Of a DNA stretch of 57,727 nucleotides, positions 51,181-57,727 are shown piece by piece (position 1 is the stretch's first letter; every line of letters begins with the position of its first letter). The position numbers and the translations under genes were made by a program. The notes beneath the pieces are model-generated. The model ran no database searches and was not told the origin of the DNA. It saw nothing but the letters and a program-made list of their open reading frames with translations. Origin of the DNA: Bacteroidales bacterium UBA4621 (GTDB lineage: Bacteria; Bacteroidota; Bacteroidia; Bacteroidales; Paludibacteraceae). The stretch is from positions 1 to 57,727 of the forward strand of contig DGIN01000005.1 in assembly GCA_002387325.1 (NCBI GenBank), given 5' to 3'.

Positions 51181-52970
51181 TCATATCAGATGGTTTTACA
51201 CCACCTCTGTACGGAGTGCGGATGACCCAACTTTGTAAGTATCTCAATCAAGATGGTTGGGACATCACACTTGTTACAGAGCAGATTACAGGGGATAATT
51301 ACATCGTACCACATTGCCGTTTCTTGGCAATGCCTTATTATTCTCAATCACCTTTTTTACATAAAATCCAGTGGCTTTCAGATAAATTATTTAGCAGAAA
51401 AGAACATTGCCTGTATCGCTTTGCCAAACAAAACATACGGTTAGAAGAATTTACACTGATTTTATGCAGCACATTCAACTTATTTCCACTCCTCACAGCA
51501 TCCAAATTAGCCCGAGAAGCAGGAATTCCTCTTATTGCTGATCTGCGAGACATCACGGAACAATGGAATGCTGACAGTTATTTGGCTTCAAACATACATT
51601 TGCCTCATAAACTAAAAAGTTGGTTGGTCAACACTTACGAACACGAATGCATCCGCCAACGCAATACTATTTTGCACACTGCCGATGCAATTACCACTAT
51701 ATCTCCTTGGCATCAATGGTTCCTGCAATCTATCAACCCCAATACACACCTTATATATAACGGATTTGACCCGGAAATATATACCACATCATCTGTCAGA
51801 ACATCACAATGTATCATTAGTTATATCGGGCGCCTGTACGATTTCCACTCCCGCAATCCGCAATTGTTCTTGGAAGCCGTCAAAGAATTGCACAGAGAGA
51901 GACAAATCAATTCTTCATTTCTGCATATAGAATTTCATATAGAACCCGATATGGTCATCGCTTTGCAAGAACGGGTTGATCAACTCGGCTTGCAAGACTA
52001 TTTTCATATTAGCAGTTATATCCGGCGTAAAGACGCATTGTCCTTATTACAGCACTCCGCCATCAGTCTGCTGTTTGTCGCCGCCCAGTCCCCCAATGCC
52101 CCGCAAGGAGTAATGACCACAAAGTTTTTTGAGGCGCTCGGGTGCGAAAAGCCGATATTGTGCGTGCCGTCCGACGAGGGGTGTCTGGCACAGACTATCT
52201 ATGAGACGAATGCGGGTATTGCCACATCGGATATAGGGGAAATCAAGGCATTTATCTTGGATAAATACCACGAATGGCAACAAAACGGCTATACACACCA
52301 ACCCGTTACAAATAAAGAACAATTCTCCCGCCGACGCCAAGCAGAGCAGTTCGAGCAACTTTTTTTGTCGCTTACAGAAGGACATCAACGCCCTTTGCTG
52401 ACAGACATATGTTGGACGCTATACCGCTCTAATACTACCTTCGATTTTTTAGACAGCATCATTGCTGCACCACGGTACAGACGTATGCGGTGCTTCTTTA
52501 CCACTCGTTTCGGGAAATACGTCAATCTCTTGCTACTCAAAGTATTCCGCATTGATTTGCAACGCACATTGGCTTTGCGCTATACCCGCCATTGGGATAA
52601 AGACACCCTATTAGATAAAGCACGTACGTTCTGCAGTACCTATCTGGAACCGCGGAAAAATGAAGAAGTATTCCGCATTCTACAAGGGCGACAGATTATA
52701 TTAGCCTCGGGGACAATGGATGCGATTGCCCAAGCCGTAGCCGAACAACTCCAGCCCACCGCTGTTCACTCATCACATTTACTGAAACACCACCTGCTTG
52801 ACATGTACTGCGATTTTGATATTATCACAGATAATACCGCCGACCTGCCACTCATCCGCAAAGCGCATCACGCTTACATTGTGGTGTATGACGACCTGCC
52901 CCGTTGGAAAAAACTGACAAAAGACCTGCAAAACACGGAATTTATCTATGCAGACGGAACCAAATATTAG
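51162..52970 (+). CDS. glycosyltransferase family 4-like domain fused to a C-terminal HAD-IB-like domain
   Basis: 602 aa. aa 1-~395 are GT-B/GT4-like ('KRILIISDGFTP', 'TTKFFEALGCEKPILCV'). aa ~405-602 are HAD-like ('LLTDICWTLYRSNTTFDFL' motif I, 'IILASGTMD' motif II, 'IITDNTADLPLI' motif IV). Confidence 0.7.
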   Translation: MPKRILIISDGFTPPLYGVRMTQLCKYLNQDGWDITLVTEQITGDNYIVPHCRFLAMPYYSQSPFLHKIQWLSDKLFSRKEHCLYRFAKQNIRLEEFTLILCSTFNLFPLLTASKLAREAGIPLIADLRDITEQWNADSYLASNIHLPHKLKSWLVNTYEHECIRQRNTILHTADAITTISPWHQWFLQSINPNTHLIYNGFDPEIYTTSSVRTSQCIISYIGRLYDFHSRNPQLFLEAVKELHRERQINSSFLHIEFHIEPDMVIALQERVDQLGLQDYFHISSYIRRKDALSLLQHSAISLLFVAAQSPNAPQGVMTTKFFEALGCEKPILCVPSDEGCLAQTIYETNAGIATSDIGEIKAFILDKYHEWQQNGYTHQPVTNKEQFSRRRQAEQFEQLFLSLTEGHQRPLLTDICWTLYRSNTTFDFLDSIIAAPRYRRMRCFFTTRFGKYVNLLLLKVFRIDLQRTLALRYTRHWDKDTLLDKARTFCSTYLEPRKNEEVFRILQGRQIILASGTMDAIAQAVAEQLQPTAVHSSHLLKHHLLDMYCDFDIITDNTADLPLIRKAHHAYIVVYDDLPRWKKLTKDLQNTEFIYADGTKY

Positions 52971-53811
52971 ACCACGATTTGCGAGCGAGCATATACCGCA
53001 ACGGGTATTTTATATACCTTTTGCCTACTATTATCGTGTACGTTTAGGAACACCTGCCAAACTGCTATCATGGGGACTGATTTACTTGTTCCCGACTGCA
53101 TTTTATGCTTGTTTGGCAGCGGGCGAAGTGTCTCTTGCCATCCTGTACAACTATATATTATTGCTGTTGGCGGTTTTTACTCTGTATGAAACCGGCTATA
53201 TCTACAACGATACATTTGCCACACGTAAAGAAACGAATCCTTCCATACGTCTGTATCCGGATAATCTGCAATACTTCTACGCCCACTATAGAACTATTAT
53301 TGCAGTACGTATACTATTGGTTATCTGCGTATTGGTTATTCTGTTGTGTCTCCACCCTACTCTTCTGTGGCTGCTTACCTGCGTTAGTGTATTGCTTATC
53401 GCACCCATATTCTACACCTACAACCGGATACGCAACCGTTACAACGTATTTCTCTATCCGCTGTTGGTTTTCTCGCGCTATATTCCTTTCATAATCCCGT
53501 ACTTGAATAGCAACAACATCGGTTATGTCGGTTGGCTGTTTCTCTCTTTCCCATTACTCAATGCCATAGAGCGTTTCTCTATACCGCGCTACCGATACCC
53601 CCTGATACGCTGTCTGATTCCGAGCGAGGAAGCCAAATCCCTGTTCCGAGTAGGATATTATGCGTTGGTAAACCTGATTGCCACACCGATTCTAATTGTT
53701 TCACACTCCTCGCTTTTTCCATTGATACCCATATACATACTTGGCATATATCGCCTTTTACTCTATATACTTACCCGCTTCTACACACCTAAAAATTACC
53801 TGAAAGGATGA
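52948..53811 (+). CDS. polytopic membrane protein (~8 TM), weakly UbiA-prenyltransferase-like
   Basis: 287 aa. 'LYETGYIYNDTFATRKETNPSIRLYP' loosely resembles the first UbiA motif (NDxxDxxxD) but reads NDxxAxxxE. The function call is weak. Confidence 0.5.
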   Translation: MQTEPNIRPRFASEHIPQRVFYIPFAYYYRVRLGTPAKLLSWGLIYLFPTAFYACLAAGEVSLAILYNYILLLLAVFTLYETGYIYNDTFATRKETNPSIRLYPDNLQYFYAHYRTIIAVRILLVICVLVILLCLHPTLLWLLTCVSVLLIAPIFYTYNRIRNRYNVFLYPLLVFSRYIPFIIPYLNSNNIGYVGWLFLSFPLLNAIERFSIPRYRYPLIRCLIPSEEAKSLFRVGYYALVNLIATPILIVSHSSLFPLIPIYILGIYRLLLYILTRFYTPKNYLKG

Positions 53812-55505
53812 AAGATCTATCCAAAGACAAGCAACTCGGTATCTGTATTTTGCTGTGGTTGATACTACTGATACCCAATATCTTTGCGCTGTTTACCGCA
53901 GAGGACTTGCACGTATCTTTTATCAAGACTGCAGGTTATATAGCAGTGCTTCTTGCATGCTTGTTTCTACCCGCTTTTATTTTCAAAGCCCGCACTTATT
54001 TTATTTTAGAGGGAGTATTATGCCTATTCTGTGCACCGATTGAACTTGCCAGCCTACATTTGAACCACCGCCCGACATCGGATCTGTTTCTGCAATCGGT
54101 CTTTGCCACCAACCCGCAGGAAGCAGCCGAAGTGGTTACATCCGTATGGTGGCTGTGCATCATAGTGATTGCAATATGGATAGCCTATTTCGTATTGGCA
54201 AGCCGTTTGGACAACCGGTATATATTTCCCCGACTGGTAAACTACTGCGGGTTAGGCGGAATAATAGTACTATTAGTTGCTTTATATGGCGCAATGTGGC
54301 TACATATCAAACATGTTGCAGAAGAGTTACCAACAAAGGAAATATGCGCCCGTGCATGGGAATCCACCATAGTCAAATGGGACAAGATCTATCCGTACAA
54401 TATCTATCGCGGGTGCGGGTATCTCCTGAAAGAAAAGCATAAAGCACAAAAGATGCAGGAGAAAATAGAACATTTCTCATTTGGTATTCCCCAAAAAGAT
54501 TCGATAGAAAACGAGTTGTATATTCTGTTTATAGGCGAGTCCTCGAGGTATGACCACTGGGGAATCAACGGGTATGAACGCAATACATCGCCAAGGCTTT
54601 CTTCACAACCCAATCTGGTTTCCTATTCCTCTGTTTATTCGCAAGCCAACCTGACTATGCACTCGGTGCCGCTGCTGCTTACCCGTGCCACGGCGGCGAC
54701 CGCCGATATTCAGAACAAAGAGAAAGGGCTGACCGATGCGTTTGCCGAGGCGGGCTATTCCACGGCTTTCATCACACGCAACGAGACCACCAATTTTATC
54801 AACCGCACGATGGAGGATTGCGACTATCATTACGCTTTTTCGCAACTGTTGGATATTGATTTTGCCAACGATTGCGACAGTTACGATATGGATATACTGA
54901 CCAAAGTACGCGAAGCCCGCACCGATACAGGACAGATGATGATTCTTCACTCTTTGGGCAGCCACTATAAATACAGTCTCCGCTATCCCGTCAACGAGAA
55001 TGTGTTTACCCCGTCTTTCGGGCGTACCGACAGTTATCGGCTGATGAACGAAGCGCACAAACCGCTCATTATCAATGCTTATGACAATACGATTCACTAT
55101 ACCGACAAAGTACTCGGGGAGTTGATCAACTATGTGGATTCACTGCAGATACCTGCTGTGGTACTCTATATTTCAGACCACGGTGAGAGTTTTTGGGACG
55201 ATGAACACAAGTTCTCCATGCACGGCTCATATATTCCAGTTGAAGCCGAATACCATGTGCCGTTCTTTGTCTGGTACTCCGTATCCTATGCACAACAGCA
55301 CCCCGACAAGGTGCAACAAATATCTGTCAATCGGGATGTTCCCATTACCTCACAGGTAGTATTTCATTCTCTATTGGATATGGCAGATATTCCGATTGCA
55401 GACAGCACATACAGCATCTGCTCTACGTATCTGCAATCCCAAGATACTATTAGCGTCATCTCCGGCGGCGGGCAACTGACCGATTTTGTTATTTCCGAAC
55501 AATAG
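53808..55505 (+). CDS. phosphoethanolamine transferase, EptA/MCR (sulfatase-fold) family
   Basis: 565 aa. 5 N-terminal TM helices. 'LFIGESSRYDHWGINGYERNTSPRL' (compare MCR-1 'GETARADHVSFNGYERDTFPQL' from memory), 'LHSLGSHYKY..RYP', 'ISDHGESFWDD'. Confidence 0.85.
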   Translation: MKDLSKDKQLGICILLWLILLIPNIFALFTAEDLHVSFIKTAGYIAVLLACLFLPAFIFKARTYFILEGVLCLFCAPIELASLHLNHRPTSDLFLQSVFATNPQEAAEVVTSVWWLCIIVIAIWIAYFVLASRLDNRYIFPRLVNYCGLGGIIVLLVALYGAMWLHIKHVAEELPTKEICARAWESTIVKWDKIYPYNIYRGCGYLLKEKHKAQKMQEKIEHFSFGIPQKDSIENELYILFIGESSRYDHWGINGYERNTSPRLSSQPNLVSYSSVYSQANLTMHSVPLLLTRATAATADIQNKEKGLTDAFAEAGYSTAFITRNETTNFINRTMEDCDYHYAFSQLLDIDFANDCDSYDMDILTKVREARTDTGQMMILHSLGSHYKYSLRYPVNENVFTPSFGRTDSYRLMNEAHKPLIINAYDNTIHYTDKVLGELINYVDSLQIPAVVLYISDHGESFWDDEHKFSMHGSYIPVEAEYHVPFFVWYSVSYAQQHPDKVQQISVNRDVPITSQVVFHSLLDMADIPIADSTYSICSTYLQSQDTISVISGGGQLTDFVISEQ

Positions 55506-55542
55506 TAATCAACTACACAAAACACTAATCAACCAATATGAT

Positions 55543-57654
55543 ATGAATAAGTTATACTCTCTATTTATCCTGCTGTTTACAGGGAGTTTGCATATTTTTG
55601 CCACAACCTATTATGCCTCGCCAACCGGTTCAGGGAATGGCAAAACCTACGGCACACCTTGCCCGTTGAACAAAGGGATTAGCAGTCTCGCACAAGGAGG
55701 AGACACGCTGTATCTGCTCGGCGGACAATACGACTTGGACAAGACCTCTATCAGCAACAAAAACGGCACAATGGGGAAATACATTGTTATCTCGGGCTAT
55801 CCCGGTGAGAAAGCCATTTTAGACTTCCGCAGTACGGCTTACGGTACACGCGGACTACAGATAGCCGAGACCTGTACTTATCTTCATATCAAAGATTTGA
55901 CACTTCGCTATTCGGGCAAGAACAACCTCTACAACGAGGGCAGCAACTGTCTTTTTGAAAACCTTGATATTTACGGTTCCGCCGATACGGGCTGCCAAAT
56001 GAAGAAAGGCGGAAATAACATTATTAAAAACGTGGATTCACACGATAACTTCGACTACCAGTTGGACAAGTCAGGGAACCTGACCCAGTGCGATTTCGGT
56101 GGTAATGCAGACGGTTTTGCCGACAAGCAATTTACCGGCAACGGCAATCACTATATAGGTTGCCGCAGTTGGAACAACTCGGATGACGGTTGGGACTTTT
56201 TCCAACGTGCTTCCAATTCCGAGACCATCATAGAGGGGTGTATATGTTACAAGAACGGTCCCGCCTGGTATGATATGCGCAACCACCCGCGTTACGAGAC
56301 CGACAAGGCGTGGTTTGACCAGTTCAAGAACGGCAAAACCGTCACAGATGCGGACGGCAACAAAGTGGCAGTTACATTAGAAAAATATCCCAATATGGGG
56401 AACGGCAACGGGTTCAAATTAGGCGGGGGCAGCACCCGACACGATGTGCTGGTTCACCATTGTCTGTCAGTAGCCAATACCGTGAAGGGTTATGACCAGA
56501 ACAGCGATGCGGGGGCGGTACGGCTGTACAACAACACAGCATATCTCAATAATTCCGACTATAGTTTCTACAATGCCAACGGTTGCACCTTGGATATTCA
56601 GAACTGCATCAGTTTTCAATCGAAAAGCAAGAATACGTTTGACAGCAAGATTGTAGAAGTGAGCAATAATAACTCGTGGTCAGCGGGTTTCTCGGTGTCG
56701 GCATCGGATTTCCTTTCCCTTGACACCACGCAGATTACCGCTCCCCGCAAAGCGGACGGCAGTCTAAGCGAAGGCACCCTATTCCGTTTGGCGAAGGGGT
56801 CTGCCCTTGTTGATGCGGGAGTGGATGTGGGGTTGGATTATATGGGCGATGCACCCGATATAGGTTGCTATGAGACCGATGGTGCAAAGCCCCAACCGGA
56901 GCAAGGTCGCCAGGTGGCGTATATCACCACTCCCGGCAGTGCGGAAGACGCTTCCATTCTCAGCCTCCTGCGGCAAAACGATTCGATTGCCGTAAAGATT
57001 GTGAATGCAGCCTCTTCAAGCACGGATTTTTCCAAATATGAATTACTGATTATCAGTCCAAAACCGAGCAGCAGTGCGAAAGCATTTACCGCACTCAAGG
57101 GGTACGACAAGCCGATGCTGGTACTCAAGCCGTTCTTGTTCAAGAGCGGGGTATGGGACTGGGGTACTGCGGCAAATACACAAGATTTGTCGGTTGTAGT
57201 GAGCGATACGACACACGCATTGTTCCGCGGTATCACTTTTGACGACACACAGACTATCCAACTATTTGAGACTTGCACGACCAATGCCGTGACGGCTATC
57301 AGCAGTTGGACAGGCAGTCCGTCAGGGATAGTTTCATTAGGTGTACCCATTTCTCAATCCGACTACACGACTATTGCCGATATGCCTGCGGGGACGGTTC
57401 TTAACGGCACAACACTCACGCAACGCATAGTGATGCTCGGTATATCGGAATACAGCACCGCCAACCTTACGGACACTGGTCTGCAAATCATTGACAATGC
57501 AGTCCGTTATCTATTAGGTATTCCCCACTCCGATGATACAACCGACCTTGTCAATTCCGCAATTGTTCCGCAAGCAAAGAAAATACTGACCCCGCACGGT
57601 ATAGTCATTGTGCGCGAAGAAAAACGCTACACGGTTTTGGGAATTTGTATGTAG
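55543..57654 (+). CDS. secreted right-handed parallel beta-helix protein (pectate-lyase-fold) with additional C-terminal domain
   Basis: Signal peptide MNKLYSLFILLFTGSLHIFA. 'TTYYASPTGSGNGKTYGTPC......GGDTLYLLGGQY' is the typical beta-helix N-cap. 'GNADGF', 'SWNNSDDGWD' and 'GNGNGFKLGG' are helix-turn motifs. Start at 55543 preferred to the ORF-track 55486. Confidence 0.75.
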   Translation: MNKLYSLFILLFTGSLHIFATTYYASPTGSGNGKTYGTPCPLNKGISSLAQGGDTLYLLGGQYDLDKTSISNKNGTMGKYIVISGYPGEKAILDFRSTAYGTRGLQIAETCTYLHIKDLTLRYSGKNNLYNEGSNCLFENLDIYGSADTGCQMKKGGNNIIKNVDSHDNFDYQLDKSGNLTQCDFGGNADGFADKQFTGNGNHYIGCRSWNNSDDGWDFFQRASNSETIIEGCICYKNGPAWYDMRNHPRYETDKAWFDQFKNGKTVTDADGNKVAVTLEKYPNMGNGNGFKLGGGSTRHDVLVHHCLSVANTVKGYDQNSDAGAVRLYNNTAYLNNSDYSFYNANGCTLDIQNCISFQSKSKNTFDSKIVEVSNNNSWSAGFSVSASDFLSLDTTQITAPRKADGSLSEGTLFRLAKGSALVDAGVDVGLDYMGDAPDIGCYETDGAKPQPEQGRQVAYITTPGSAEDASILSLLRQNDSIAVKIVNAASSSTDFSKYELLIISPKPSSSAKAFTALKGYDKPMLVLKPFLFKSGVWDWGTAANTQDLSVVVSDTTHALFRGITFDDTQTIQLFETCTTNAVTAISSWTGSPSGIVSLGVPISQSDYTTIADMPAGTVLNGTTLTQRIVMLGISEYSTANLTDTGLQIIDNAVRYLLGIPHSDDTTDLVNSAIVPQAKKILTPHGIVIVREEKRYTVLGICM

Positions 57655-57656
57655 AA

Positions 57657-57696
57657 TATGCACTATATGCAGTTTTGTTTCTGCATATAGTGCATA
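57657..57696. terminator. perfect 16-bp inverted repeat after the operon (putative terminator)
   Basis: tatgcactatatgcag, loop ttttgttt, ctgcatatagtgcata. It is followed by an A-run, so on the minus strand the T-run precedes the stem. Not a canonical plus-strand intrinsic terminator. Confidence 0.45.
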
Positions 57697-57727
57697 AAAA
57701 AAACGGCTTATCCTATCGAAAAAAGCC

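Noticed and set aside
57580-57654. C-terminal '...KKILTPHGIVIVREEKRYTVLGICM' of the beta-helix protein as a type IX secretion C-terminal sorting domain
   Set aside because: Only the last ~25 residues loosely resemble the final strands of a T9SS CTD. No T9SS genes are in the window, and this cannot be verified without an HMM.
57657-57727. Strong hairpin at the window end as a canonical intrinsic terminator of the glycan operon
   Set aside because: The stem is perfect (16 bp) but is followed by an A-run rather than a U-tract on the plus strand. It is kept only as a putative or bidirectional terminator at reduced confidence. The downstream context is cut off by the window edge.

Overview
57.7-kb, densely packed chromosomal segment that looks like Bacteroidota/Bacteroidales. 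This is inferred from gene order (DUF6089-like, uppS, bamA, skp, skp), from DUF1573, TSP3-OmpA and HU-CCDC81-like proteins, and from TAnnTTTG -7 boxes with TTTG about 20 nt upstream. I support about 43 protein genes. Most are housekeeping: skp x2, bamA, uppS, dgt-like, yhhQ-like, rsmG, yebC, relA/spoT, meaB, dnaB, asnS, cvpA, folK, recQ, rimO, HU, uvrA paralogue and an ABC-F protein. I saw no rRNA, tRNA, CRISPR array, transposase or integrase.

Stand-outs:
1. A ~2.5-kb low-GC islet (24281 to ~26755; hand-counted 60-nt windows 30-40% GC against 52-57% in the flanks) lies between asnS and a TonB-dependent-receptor-like gene. It carries a two-gene module: a P-loop ABC/SMC-type ATPase (335 aa) plus a 230-aa DUF4276/TOPRIM-like protein. 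This is my best candidate for an uncharacterised defence-type system. The right compositional breakpoint falls inside the receptor ORF, at a domain boundary.
2. A six-gene overlapping operon (48905-57654) encodes an atypical surface-glycan or phospho-modification pathway. It includes wecB, a GT4-HAD fusion, an EptA/MCR-family transferase and a beta-helix protein.
3. Almost every intergenic spacer holds short phased tandem 'word' arrays. These are 11-bp units anchored on ATCC and 7-bp units (TTAATTG, GAATTAN, CACAATG, CAAAGAA). They follow orientation and position rules relative to start and stop codons.
4. Several unusual protein architectures: DnaB with an SSB-tip-like tail, an HU-TM-LysM protein, UvrA lacking zinc module 1, and an OmpA protein with 7 TSP3 repeats.

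All family names come from motif recognition by eye. No database search was run.
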